A DNA stretch of 64,000 bases, taken from NCBI GenBank assembly GCA_963742155.1, contig CAVUKY010000004.1, positions 60,183 to 124,182 on the forward strand, in the 5' to 3' direction. Positions 33,059 through 42,960 of this stretch are shown piece after piece. The DNA comes from Bryobacterales bacterium (GTDB taxonomy: Bacteria; Acidobacteriota; Terriglobia; Bryobacterales; Bryobacteraceae). A program made the position numbers and the translations under genes. Each line of letters opens with the position of its first letter. The stretch's first letter is position 1. A model generated the notes under the pieces. The model saw nothing but the letters and a program-made list of their open reading frames with translations, made no database searches and had not been told where the DNA came from.

Positions 33059-33571
33059 TCAAATAAACATCTCTTCGTCGCTGGTGGCCCGATCCACCGT
33101 GGGACGATCTCCGCGCGCCAACGCGCCCACAGCCGCCCGGATGCCGACCGCGATCCCGTTCACTTCGCGCAGCGGCCGCATAATGCCATCGTGGAACACC
33201 GCTACCGTCTCGTGCGCGCGGCTCAACGTGTCGTCCAGCACCAGTTCCACGCGCTCCATCTGCACCTTGGCTCGCACGGCGGCGTCGCCCACCACTTCCT
33301 CCACCATCGCCAACTGCCTCTTGGTGGAATCCAAAATATCGTTGGCCCGCGCGGTGATCTCCGTGATCTGGCGTCCACTCTGCTCTACGGTCGAAGTCGC
33401 CTTGGCGACCAGACTTTCCACCTTGGGCACCAGAGGATTGATGGACTCCTGCAGCGATTTGATGGTCTTATAAATCCCAGCCAGCATCCCGGCCTGGATA
33501 CACAGCGCAATAGCGGAGATGATGACGAAAGCCGTCATCACGTAAAGCAGAGTTGTCTCGCTCATGATCAA
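33059..33571 (-). CDS. DUF948-like membrane-anchored coiled-coil protein
   Basis: Intact ORF of 170 aa (TTG 33571 or ATG 33565). One N-terminal TM helix (LLYVMTAFVIISAIALCIQAGML) is followed by a helical region. The start overlaps the ytxH-like stop. Confidence 0.5.
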   Translation of the reverse strand: MIMSETTLLYVMTAFVIISAIALCIQAGMLAGIYKTIKSLQESINPLVPKVESLVAKATSTVEQSGRQITEITARANDILDSTKRQLAMVEEVVGDAAVRAKVQMERVELVLDDTLSRAHETVAVFHDGIMRPLREVNGIAVGIRAAVGALARGDRPTVDRATSDEEMFI

Positions 33572-33889
33572 CCTCCGGCGGAAACTAAATGTGTTCCGCG
33601 TCGTTCGGCGTGGTGTACCGCCTCTCGATAAGCTTGCTTGCCGGCTTCCACCGCCGCCACCAGGTTATCGCGCTGCCGCGTGACCGTCGACTTGCTCCGT
33701 TCCAACACGTCGGCCGCCTGGTCCCGCATCTCGTTGCGTGCGCCGCTTCAGGTATTCCTTACCCTCGTCAGCTTTGGACCGTAACAGGTCCCTGGTCTCC
33801 GGTCCGGATTTCGGAGCAAATAGCAACCCCGCCGCGACCCCTAGTCCCAACCCCAGAAAAAAGTACGAAAACTTGTTGTCGTCGTCCAT
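33568..33889 (-). CDS. YtxH-domain protein, frame-disrupted (1 break near 33740)
   Basis: ORF 33665..33889 reads MDDDNKFSYFFLGLGLGVAAGLLFAPKSGPETRDLL, the YtxH signature. The shifted continuation NEMRDQAADVLERSKSTVTRQRDNLVAAVEAGKQAYREAV ends at TGA 33570-33568. Confidence 0.55.
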
Positions 33890-33968
33890 TGTTAGCCGTC
33901 CTTTCTTTCCAATAAGTTCAGACTCACTTCTACAATAGCAGCCTCGAATCTGTTAGTGTTCCTTTGTC

Positions 33969-34524
33969 ATGGCGAAACGACCGCCACAGCGGTTAGACCG
34001 CGATAAGCTCCTAAACGTTGCATTGCGCGCGCTGGGTGGACGCGCACATTCTTCGGGAGAGCTGCGCGAGAAACTTCGCCGCCGCGCGCAAAACGATCAG
34101 GACGTGGACGCGGTGCTGGCGAAACTGAAGGAGGCTGGGTATCTGAACGACCGGCAGTTCGCCGAAAGCTATGCGGCCGCTCGTCTGCAGAATCAGGGCC
34201 TGGGAAAGATGCGCGTGTTACGCGACCTGCGCCAGCGCCGCGTAGCGCCTAAACTGGCCGAGCAAGTGACGGAGAAGACTTACGAGAAAACCGACGAAGA
34301 CCAATCTGATCGAGGAATTTCTGCGCCGCAAGTATCGCGGGAAACAGCTGGGCACGTTTCTGAGTAAGGAGAAGAATCTGGCTGGGGCGTTTCGCCGGCT
34401 GCGCTATGCGGGATTTTCCGCGGGGCAGTCGATTCGCGTGTTGAAGCGCTTTGCGAGCCAGCCGGAAGTGGCCGAGGTGCTGGATGCGCTGGAATCGGAA
34501 GAATCCGAGGAGCGCGAGAGCTGA
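33969..34524 (+). CDS. recX: RecA regulator RecX, frame-disrupted (1 break near 34300)
   Basis: ORF 33969..34367 reads ALRALGGRAHSSGELREKLRRR, GYLNDRQFAESYA. The shifted tail LIEEFLRRKYRGK...AGAFRRLRYAGFSAGQSIRVLKR ends at TGA 34522-34524. Confidence 0.8.
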
Positions 34525-34527
34525 AGG

Positions 34528-34951
34528 CTACTTCACGAAGACCGTGACGAGCACGCCCGTTACAATCAGGCTGGCGCCGAGCACGTTGCCGAGGTGCGGC
34601 TTCTCTCCCAGAAAGATGAAAGCCATGGCCACTGCCAGCGCCACGCTCAGCTTGTCGATGGGCGCCACGCGCGATGCTTCGCCCAGCTGCAGAGCTTTGT
34701 AGTAGAACAGCCACGAAAGGCCGGTCGCGATCGCGGAGAGAAAGAGAAACAGGAACGAGTGCCGCGAAATCTTGAACAGGTCGGAGGCATTGCCTTGCAC
34801 CGCGACGATGCCCCAGGCGAAGAAAACGATGATCGCCGTGCGGAACGCGACGGCAAGATTGCTATCGACATCGCGCACGCCGATCTTGCCGAAGATCGCT
34901 ACCAGAGCGGCGAAGAAAGCCGAGAGGACGGCGTAAGCCTGCCCAGTTCAT
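34528..34951 (-). CDS. Small EamA/DMT-family membrane transporter (single EamA domain), frame-disrupted (1 break near 34940)
   Basis: ORF 34528..34878 plus the upstream in-phase stretch AYAVLSAFFAALVAIFGKIGV and ATG at 34951-34949 in a neighbouring frame. There are four hydrophobic helices and the motif YYKALQLGEASRVAPIDKLS. Confidence 0.65.
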
Positions 34952-34997
34952 TGCGCCGGGACGACTACCGGTTCCGCGATCTTGCTCCAGCCCGAAT

Positions 34998-35934
34998 TTA
35001 TTTTGTCGGCGCCGGTGCACCGCGCCCGTCATCATGCCGGTGGTGTTGAACGGCGTCGCGAAATTGCCCTGCGCGATCCAGCGCGATCACGCCGCCATCG
35101 CCGTGCTGCGCCACCAGTTCCTTCATCACCACGTCGTTCGCGGCCTGCTCGAGCGAGACATGCAGGTAGCGCACGCGCGCGCAGATGTCGGAAGCCACCA
35201 CGTTGCGCATGAAATACTCGCCGGTGCCGGTGGCGGAGACGGCGCAGCTATCGTTATTGGCGTAGGTGCCCGCGCCGATGATGGGCGAATCGCCGACGCG
35301 TCCCGGCATTTTCAGCACGGTGCCGCCGGTGGACGTGCCGGCCGCCAGATTGCCCGCCTGATCCAGCGCGACGACGCCCACGGTGCCGTGCCCGTCACCT
35401 GCTTTCTTCTTCTTTTCCGCATCCTGGAACCGCTTCCATTCGCGCTCGGTGTAGAAGTAATAGGGTGAGACCAATTCGATGCCCTGCGATTTCGCGAACT
35501 CCTCCGCGCCATCGGCCACCAGCAAAACGTGCGGCGTTTTCTCCATCACCAGCCGCGCCAGATGGATGGGATTGGCGATATGCTTCAGCGCCGCGACAGA
35601 GCCAGCTTGCAACGTGCGTCCGTCCATGATGGCGGCGTCCATTTCAGGAACGCCTTCCTGGGTGTAGTAAGCGCCACGGCCCGCGTCGTAGAGGCCGGAG
35701 TCCTCCATCACCCGGATGGTCGCTTCCACGGCGTCCAGGCTGGCGCCGCCGCGCGCCAGGATCGCGTAGCCGGCTCGAATGGCCTTGAGCATGCCTTCGC
35801 GCCGCGCTGCGATCACCTGCGGCGTCATCTTCGAATAGTCGCCCGCGCCGCTGTGAGCGACGAGCATAAAATTGCTCGGCAGGCTGCGCTAGAGTCGCGC
35901 AGAGCAACAAAAAAGGCAACGCAATAGCTCGCAT
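34998..35934 (-). CDS. Isoaspartyl peptidase/L-asparaginase (Ntn hydrolase), frame-disrupted (N-terminal break near 35880; C-terminal end uncertain)
   Basis: ORF 34998..35867 has the autoprocessing site DGHGTVGVVALD, then STGGTVLKMPGRVGDSPIIGAG and TGTGEYF. The signal peptide MRAIALPFLLLCATLA is in ORF 35644..35934. The expected PFNTTGM tail is in another frame near 35050. Confidence 0.8.
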
Positions 35935-35955
35935 GGATACTATTGTGGACGGTTT

Positions 35956-36551
35956 TTAGGCCACCGAGGGTGGAGCGAAGTGCGCCAGGCGCCGGCGCAG
36001 CGTTTCATAGGCGCGGAACAGCAGCGACTTGAGCGCGGGAATGGAGCACTCCAGAACCTCCGCGATGGTCGCGTAGTCCATGCCCTCGTACTTGTGCATC
36101 AGAACCGCGGCGAGTTGTTTGCCGGGCAGGCTTTCGATGGCGTCGCGAATTTCCTTGGCGTGATGCTCGGCCAGCAACTGCTGGTCGGCGCGCAGGGTGT
36201 GATCCGGCACCTGGATCCGGCGCGCATCGTGAAGGGACCCGCGTCCAGCCGCAGATGGGCGGTTTCGCGCCGCGTATCCCGGCGCCAGTTCAGCGCGACG
36301 TTGGTGGTGATGCGGAACAGCCAGGTGCTGAACTTAGCCTCCGGCTGATAGCGATTGCGGAAGCGATAGACGCGCAGGAAGACATCTTGCGCCAGTTCCT
36401 CCGCGATGGCCCGGTTATGCACCAGGCGATACAGGTGATTCACCACCTGGCTGCGGTGCCGCGCGAGCAGTGCCTCAAAACTAGGCTCGTGCCCTCCGCA
36501 CACCTTCACCATTAAGGCCGCATCGGGATCGAGAGCCCACTCAGACACCAT
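35956..36551 (-). CDS. ECF-type sigma-70 family factor, frame-disrupted (1 break near 36230)
   Basis: ORF 36099..36551 has region 2 (AEELAQDVFLRVYRFRNRY, WLFRITTNVALNWRR). ORF 35956..36210 has region 4 (LPGKQLAAVLMHKYEGMDYATIAEVLECSIPALKSLLFRAYETLR). Confidence 0.8.
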
Positions 36552-36607
36552 GCATCTTTGAACGCGTGGCCTACGCTCCGTTGCGGTTTGCTGTAACGAT
36601 TCGTAAA

Positions 36608-37417
36608 CTACTGCGAGCGCTCCTGATGCTCGGGAAAAACGGCGTAGCCTTCCGGCGGAGGGTACAGGCTGTAGAGCAGATTCAGCCGCTTGCGCATGTG
36701 ACGGCTGGGCAACTGGCGCGGACCGGTTTCGACGTCGATATCGCAGCAGATGCCGTGCAGGTAGAGCGTCAGCGTATCGATCAGCGATTGCCGGACATAG
36801 TCGCGAAATGCTTTAGTTTCCTTGCGGATGTTGGTATCGCGCCGCAGCAGCGCCTGCTTCATGTGCCAGCTCTCTTCGTCCACTTCGCCGTGCACGCGCG
36901 CGTTCAACTCCTCGCGCAGCAGCGAACTGTACTGGGCCAAGGCCTCGTCGGAGCCATGATCGGCGGCCAGAGTAGCCAGCACATGATAGAAGCGGTAGTG
37001 ATATTCCGAAACGTCCTGATCCTTGAGCGCGAAGACCAGCACCTCTTCTTTGTCGAAGCGGACCTGGGTGGCCCAGGAAGCGCGGCTGTCGGGCGGTTTT
37101 TCGGTGACGACGAACTCGTCCCGCGCGCGGCGCCTTTTCCTTGCCTCTTTCTCTTTGCCATCCCCGCGCTCCAGATACGGGACCAGCATGATGGACACCT
37201 TCGGCAGCAGCGCCGAAATGGCGGGAGGCAGGGCGGCGATGGGCTCTTCCAGGTACTCCTTGACGTCCTCCTCGCTCAACGGCACGGAGGCGCAGAAGTA
37301 AGAAAAGGTGTTGCTGAGCGGGATCATCTCGCCGCGGAAACGCTCGGCGAACTGGCCAACGCTAAGCTTGGAAAGATCGGGTTGCGCGGACATCTGGTGG
37401 GGCAAAATCGTCTTCAT
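36608..37417 (-). CDS. Hypothetical soluble protein; no family recognised
   Basis: Intact ORF of 269 aa with a protein-like composition rich in K, E, D, Y and F. The antisense ORF 36566..37459 has shadow-ORF composition rich in R, A, L, G and Q. It lies 56 nt upstream of, and co-directional with, the ECF sigma gene. Confidence 0.6.
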   Translation of the reverse strand: MKTILPHQMSAQPDLSKLSVGQFAERFRGEMIPLSNTFSYFCASVPLSEEDVKEYLEEPIAALPPAISALLPKVSIMLVPYLERGDGKEKEARKRRRARDEFVVTEKPPDSRASWATQVRFDKEEVLVFALKDQDVSEYHYRFYHVLATLAADHGSDEALAQYSSLLREELNARVHGEVDEESWHMKQALLRRDTNIRKETKAFRDYVRQSLIDTLTLYLHGICCDIDVETGPRQLPSRHMRKRLNLLYSLYPPPEGYAVFPEHQERSQ

Positions 37418-37461
37418 TCTAACACGGGGGGTGAGGCGGCCCGGGTGCTTCGAATTTAAGC

Positions 37462-37488
37462 CGGGCTGGTGGCAGCCCGCGATCTTTT
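37462..37488 (+). terminator. Terminator-like hairpin plus T-tract with no upstream plus-strand gene
   Basis: CGGGCTG gtgg CAGCCCG (37462-37479) is followed by CGATCTTTTGG. It lies in the gap between divergent genes. Confidence 0.2.
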
Positions 37489-37502
37489 GGGATTATTGAT
37501 GT

Positions 37503-38510
37503 TTGCGGCAAAGGATCGAGCGAAGAATCCATAAGCGGCTTCGGTTCAGACGGCACCAAGACCCGGAGTTCGTAGCCATATTGAACCGACACGAACGGTC
37601 CGGTGTCCCGGTCGATGCGGCGTTGCTTACTTTGATGCTCGATCCTAGGGCGGGTTGGTACAGGAGGGGGGCTGCCGCCAAGATTTTAGAGCTAGCCGAT
37701 GCCCGTGCGTCAGTCGAGACTTTACTCGATCTATTCTTTACCCAAACAGACAAGATCGAACTGTGGGAAACAGCTCTGACGATCGAGCACGTCTCGGATC
37801 CAGCTGCTGTTCCTAGGCTTGTTGCCGCGCTTTCCGACGCGAATCCTCATCGCCGCCACGCTGCGGTAAGGGCTCTTGGCTGGATTTGGCCAATTGGCAG
37901 GCAAGCGGCGAAAGCCTTGGTTCAGGCGCTGCTGGACACGTCCCAGCCTCAGCCAGTGCGGGAGGAGGCTGCCGAATCGCTCGCCTATTCGCATTATGCG
38001 CAGGCTATTCCGCCCCTCATTTCGGTTCTTGGAGAGCCGGACGTCAGAATCCGATTCTGGGCAGTCTTTGCACTTGGAGGCATAGGGCAATGGCAAACGT
38101 ATGGGCCCGTGGGCAGGGCCGATCCGCGCGTGATCGGGGCGCTGGAAGGGATGCTCGCAGATGAAGAAGTTCCGCCCGGCAATTGGTGGTCAGTTGGGAG
38201 GGAGGCACTCGCAATGTTGGGCAAACTGAATCCGAAATATGGAGCCAAGCTCGATTCCGAGACACAGCGCGTGGTGAACGATCCGAACTCATCGCCGGAA
38301 GACTTGCGCTGGGCCATGGGATACACTCCCTTGCACGACCGTCTAAGCAAATTCCAACCGTTTGAGCTTCAGCCGGTCCGTGCGAACCTGTGCGAGGTCG
38401 TATTGGGCCTGTTGCACCAGCCAGCTTTCGGCGCTGCTGCCGAAAACCTGGGACAGTCTCACGGCCATTTCGGGCGAGATGCCGCGCTTTTCGTTCACCA
38501 GTTCCGATAA
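37503..38510 (+). CDS. HEAT-repeat protein; both ends uncertain
   Basis: ORF of 335 aa. There are repeated units of the type [37 protein letters not shown] and [14 protein letters not shown]. The first in-frame ATG is at 37635. The last 55 or so codons run antisense across higA (38343..38624) and are doubtful. Third-codon-position GC looks lower than in the housekeeping neighbours. Confidence 0.55.
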   Translation: MRQRIERRIHKRLRFRRHQDPEFVAILNRHERSGVPVDAALLTLMLDPRAGWYRRGAAAKILELADARASVETLLDLFFTQTDKIELWETALTIEHVSDPAAVPRLVAALSDANPHRRHAAVRALGWIWPIGRQAAKALVQALLDTSQPQPVREEAAESLAYSHYAQAIPPLISVLGEPDVRIRFWAVFALGGIGQWQTYGPVGRADPRVIGALEGMLADEEVPPGNWWSVGREALAMLGKLNPKYGAKLDSETQRVVNDPNSSPEDLRWAMGYTPLHDRLSKFQPFELQPVRANLCEVVLGLLHQPAFGAAAENLGQSHGHFGRDAALFVHQFR

Positions 38511-38624
38511 GGTGGTGCGCGTCACACCGAGGGCGGCTGCGGCTTGCGTGATGCTCAAGCCCAAAGGCTCAATGCACTGGCGCAATACAAAACCGCCGGG
38601 GTGGGGTGGATTTTTCATAGGCAT
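38343..38624 (-). CDS. higA: HigA-type antitoxin (XRE HTH), second copy
   Basis: Intact ORF of 93 aa starting [50 protein letters not shown]. By hand count, 75 of 91 aligned residues are identical to the copy at 10796..11077. Confidence 0.85.
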   Translation of the reverse strand: MPMKNPPHPGGFVLRQCIEPLGLSITQAAAALGVTRTTLSELVNEKRGISPEMAVRLSQVFGSSAESWLVQQAQYDLAQVRTDRLKLKRLEFA

Positions 38625-38639
38625 GGTCTTAATCGCTTT

Positions 38640-38867
38640 TCAGTGGTAGTCCAGCTTCAACTCGGACGTCGTGGCGGCAAAACGGAAATCCGCCTTCGCG
38701 GACCGTCACGCCAAGCTTTCGCCTCGACCTTGTGCGTCGATGGCTGCTCCAGCAGCGCGGCAAGTTTGCCGCGCGTCGCGCAACTTCGCTGTTCGTCGTC
38801 AACCTGGTCGTCATCTTCATCAGTCGATAGCGGCAGGATCGACCGGTCACTTGATCGTAACGTGCAT
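38640..38867 (-). pseudogene. higB: Degraded HigB-type toxin gene upstream of the second higA
   Basis: It begins ATG 38867 (MHVTIK then a stop). Other frames show KLAALLEQ, KLGVTVREG and the terminal DFRFAATTSELKLDYH-stop (38642-38640). It needs at least 3 shifts and is about 50 nt shorter than the first copy. Confidence 0.5.
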
Positions 38868-38925
38868 TACGTTTCGGATGTCAAGCTATGGACCTCTTGC
38901 GATTATAGTGTATCTGGATTCGACC

Positions 38926-39616
38926 ATGCGAGCCACAAATTGGGAGTTCAAGAACCGGGCGATGGTCTTCGGACTGGTCTTTGGCCTGTCATTTAGCGTC
39001 TACTCCATGGATCCTCAGAATTCAGCGGCCGCGCTGGCCAACTGGCTGGGCGCCACGCGCGGGATCGATGCAAATCTGGTTGCCCGGCTCCTGTTTGCGC
39101 TGGCCACTGTTTTGCTGGTGGTGGCCGCTCTCATCCGCACCTGGGCCTCGTCGTACCTGCAAGGCGAACGTGGTGTACGCGGCCGAAGTGAAGACGGCGT
39201 CGCTGGTGGCCGACGGGCCTTACCGGCACGTCCGCAATCCGCTGTATTTCGCCAATGTTCTGCTGGCCATCGGCATGGGCGCCATGATGAGCCGGATGGG
39301 ATTCTTCGTGGCCATCGCAGCGATGCTGGCGTTCTGCTACCGGCTGATTTTCCGGGAAGAGTCTGAGCTTGCGAGGCCAGCCAGGGCGAGCAATACAACC
39401 GCTACCGAAAGCCGTGCCGCGCCTGTGGCCCGCCCTGCGGCCCGAACAGCTTCCGCGGGGCGCCAAGCCAATTGGACCGCAGGCTTCAAAGCGGAATTCT
39501 GGTGTTGGGGATTCGCCATATCGCGTTGCGGCCTTCGCCATAACTCTGAACACCACGGCGTTTTTCGTGATTCTGACGGCCAGCGTCGCTCTTGCTGTGG
39601 TTGTCCACGTTGGTAA
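38926..39616 (+). CDS. Isoprenylcysteine carboxyl methyltransferase (ICMT)/phospholipid methyltransferase-family membrane protein, frame-disrupted (2 or more breaks; 3' end uncertain)
   Basis: ATG 38926 starts MRATNWEFKNRAMVFGLVFG. ORF 38981..39616 has the family core LVADGPYRHVRNPLYFANVLLAIGMGAMM...YRLIFREESEL. ORF 39369.. continues EQYNRYRKAVPRLWP. Confidence 0.6.
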
Positions 39617-39764
39617 TTCAGAAGCGCGAGAAGGGTGGAGGCGAGCACCGCCAAAACGGATCAGAAATCTTGCACCGCGCCGGACTCCCTTTTGCAGCGA
39701 GTTACTCCTCGCGGAAAAAAACCGGGCCGCGCCCCACCGACCCCTAGCGCTAGACTTAATTCTA

Positions 39765-40946
39765 GTGGGCCCGAAAGTTCTAATCTCCGCTGGCGAAGCG
39801 TCTGGGGACCTGTACGCGGCCGGTCTGGTGGAAGCGCTGCGCCGCCGTCGGCCCGATCTCGAGTTCTTCGGCTGCGCGGGACCGCGCATGCAAAAGGCCG
39901 GCGTTCGCGCCGGTGGTGGATGCGCATAGCCTGGCCGTGGTGGGCCTGGTGGAAGTGATCACGCACATCCCGCGCATCTACGGCGAGTACCGCAAGCTGC
40001 TGAACGCCGCCCGCACCGAACGCCCGGAAGTGGCCATCCTTACCGATAGCCCGGATTTCCATCTGCGCGTGGCCCGCCGGCTGAAGAAGCTGGGCATTCC
40101 GGTGCTCTACCTGGTGGCGCCCCAAGTCTGGGCGTGGCGCAAGGGCCGCTTGCCCTTGATGCGGCGCACCATCGACAAACTGCTGTGCATCTTCCCCTTC
40201 GAGCCGGAATTTTTCGCGCGCCACGGCATCGACGCCACTTACATCGGCCATCCCCTTACGCGCCTGGTGAAGCCGTCCGCCAGCCGCGCCGAACTGCGCC
40301 GGCGCTTCGGAATCCCGGAAGGCACGCCGCTGGTGGCTTTGCTCCCCGGCAGCCGGACCGGCGAGGCGGCGCGCCATCTGCCCATTTTGCTGGACGCGGT
40401 GGAACGCCTGCGAGCCGCCGCTAAGACCGTGCCACGCTTCATTCTGGCGGTCCCGCCCGGTACTGTACCGCTAGGGTCAAATTTCCGGGAACGGATTTCC
40501 TCGGCGTCCATCCAACTCGCTAGAGGGAAAAACCTGGGATGTGCTCGTCTGCGCGGACGTAGCGCTGGCCGCCAGTGGAACGGTCACCATTGAGGCGTGC
40601 CTGCTGGGAACCCCCATGGTCACCTTTTATCGGGTAAACAATTTAAGTTGGTGGATGGGAAAGGCTTTGGTTCGCGTGCCGTTCTATTCGATGGTCAACC
40701 TGGTGGCCGGGCGGCGCATCGTGCCTGAGCTGATCCAGGATCAAATGACGGCGGAAAACCTGGCTCAGCGAGGCGCTGGCGCTGCTCGAAAATAAGGTAG
40801 CGCGGGAAGAGATGCGCCGGAATCTGGCCGAAGTGGCCCGGAAGCTCTCGGGCCCAGAGGATCCCCTGGAAGTGGCGGCGGCGCTGGTGGAAAAGCATCT
40901 GGCCGAGAAGCATTTAACAAAAGAGGAAATGGTTCATGTTTCGTAG
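39765..40946 (+). CDS. lpxB: Lipid-A-disaccharide synthase, frame-disrupted (about 3 breaks)
   Basis: GTG 39765 starts VGPKVLISAGEASGDLYAAGLVEAL. ORF 39913..40593 has YLVAPQVWAWRKGR, LCIFPFEPEFF and LLPGSRTGE. ORF 40541..40795 has ASGTVTIEACLLGTPMV. The tail ends at TAG 40944-40946. Confidence 0.8.
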
Positions 40947-40954
40947 AACTCTGC

Positions 40955-42900
40955 GTGGCGGCGCTCGCGTTAGCGTCCTTGCTGGCCGCGCAGGACCGAG
41001 GGAGCAAGTCGGGCCGCATCGACGTGGAGAACTACGCGATCGACGCCGAGATCAATCCGCGCACGCAAGCCCTGACCGCCAACGTGAAGGTCCGGTTCGT
41101 CGCTCTGGACAACGACATCTCCACGGCCTCCTTCGAGCTGAACAGCGCGTTCAACGTTTCGCGCGTGGTGGACGACACCGGCCACCAGATTCCCGCCTCG
41201 CGCTCCGGCCAGGACATGGGCGTTCGCCTCAGCTTCCCGCGCCGCTGGCGAAAGGCAAGGCCACCACGCGTAACGTTCACCTACGACGGCCGCTTGACCG
41301 GCCAGGAAGAATCGCCCGTCTACGGCATCAAGTTCGGCGCCATCCAGAACGATATCGCGTACCTGATGTACCCGGCGCGCTGGTTTCCGGTGAACGGTTA
41401 CAGCGTGGATCGATTCACTTCGGATCTCCACATCACCGTTCCCAGCGGATACCAGGTGATTGCGAGCGGCCTGGAAAGTTCGCAGCCCGCCGGCGCGGGC
41501 AAGACCGTCTTCAGCTTTCAATACAGCAAGCCCTCTTTTCCGGGAAGCATCGCGGTGGTGCAAGGCGATCCGGTAAAAGTAAATTCCGAGGGCGTTACCA
41601 CGACCGTTTATTTCCGGCAGAAGCAGAACATGGCCAACGCCTATGGCGAGGAGACGGGCAAGATCCTGAGCTTTCTTGACCAGCATCTACGGCCTGGCGC
41701 CGCAAGCCAATCTGACGCTGGTGGAGACCGAAGACGGTACTCCCAACGGATACTCGGCGCCGGGAATCATTTTCCTTTCGCCCCGGGGCATCGGCAACCA
41801 GGTGGCTGCGCGGCTGCTGGCGAATCAACTCGCGCGCCAATGGTGGGAAACGCTGGTGTCGCCGGTGGACCGCGATCATTTGTGGCTGGAGAACGGCAAC
41901 GCGCGCTATGCCGAGCTGCTGTGGGATGAGCACGCCAACGGTCCGGCGGCCATGGAGCAGGACCTGCACGATACCTACGTCGAGGCGCTGACGGTGGACA
42001 ATCCGCCGATGATTCAAGCCGGCCGCCTGGATGATTATTCGCCTGAATATTGGGCGCTCACGGCGGGCAAGGGCGCCGCGGTGTTGAACATGCTGCGCAG
42101 CGTGATGGGCAACGACAATTTCAACAAGCTGATGTCGAGCTTTACGGAGAAGTACGGCTGGCAATCGGTGAGCACGGTGGATTTCCGCAAGCTGGCCGAG
42201 CAGATTTCGGGCCAGAACTTGCAGTACTTCTTCGTGCAGTGGCTGGAGTCGAGCGGCGCGCCCGAATTCAAGATGGAATACACGGTGTTCCGCACGCAGA
42301 AGGGCTTCCGCGTGATGGGCAAGATCACGCAGGATCTGGACACCTTCCAGATGCCCGTGGATCTGAAGATCGAAACGGAAGGCAATCCGGAGACCAAGCG
42401 CATCGACGTGGTGGGCACGTCGTCGGAGTTTACCGTGGACACGTTCGGCAAGCCGAAGACGGTGACCATCGATCCGGCGGGCGCGGTGCTGCGTTGGAGT
42501 CCCGCGATGCGCGTGGCGGTGGCCATCAAGCGCGGCGAGCAGTTCGCCGAGATCGGCGAGTTCGCTGACGCGTTGAAGGAATATCAGAAGGCGATTGAAG
42601 TGAACCGCGGCAGCTCACTGGCGCACTATCGCGTGGCCGAGGTTTTCTTCCTGCAGAACAACTACCAGTCGGCCGCCAACGAATATCGCGAGGCGCTGAA
42701 TGGCGACGTGGAGCCGAAGTGGACGGAGGTATGGGCGCACATCAAGCTGGGCAACATTTTCGATGTCTCCGGCCAGCGGGATCGCGCCGTCAACGAATAC
42801 AACCAGGCCATCCGCACCAAGGACGATACGCAAGGGCGCGCAGGAAGAAGCCGCGAAGTATCTCAAGCAGCCGTACGAGAAAAAGCACAGCAACGTGTAA
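40955..42900 (+). CDS. M1 (aminopeptidase N-fold) family homologue lacking the zinc-binding motifs, with C-terminal TPR repeats, frame-disrupted (2-3 breaks)
   Basis: ORFs 40955..41929 and 41676..43064, plus the tail in ORF 42700..42900 (AQEEAAKYLKQPYEKKHSNV). At the HEXXH position the sequence is NQLAR (41823-41837). The WLNEGFA position reads WLENGNA (41883-41903). The TPR-like C-terminus reads GEFADALKEYQKAIEVN...AEVFFLQNNYQSAANEYREAL. Confidence 0.8.
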
Positions 42901-42917
42901 GTGTGAACCAGGCCCAG

Positions 42918-42958
42918 CGTTCACATGAGTGTGAACGCGCACGCAGGAGTGCGTGCGC
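42918..42958. repeat. REP-like double hairpin between convergent genes
   Basis: CGTTCACAtgagTGTGAACG (42918-42937) overlaps GCGCACGCAggagTGCGTGCGC (37-58), which has a perfect 9-bp stem. It belongs to the same family as 17397-17441 (opposite orientation) and 17610-17629. Confidence 0.7.
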
Positions 42959-42960
42959 CA

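Noticed and set aside
36566-37459. 297-aa plus-strand ORF opposite the orphan 269-aa gene
   Set aside because: Its composition, dominated by R, A, L, G, Q and V, looks like a shadow frame. The minus-strand frame has balanced, protein-like composition and a plausible ATG start.
38926-39616. ICMT-family methyltransferase as the missing SrsB-like partner of the type III PKS
   Set aside because: It lies 18 kb away on the opposite strand, with many unrelated genes between. There is no evidence of linkage from this window.
39369-39929. Apparent ICMT-LpxB fusion ORF
   Set aside because: LpxB has its own GTG start (39765) with the canonical N-terminus KVLISAGEASGD. The open frame upstream is read-through across an intergenic stretch and is probably caused by a frame break at the ICMT 3' end.
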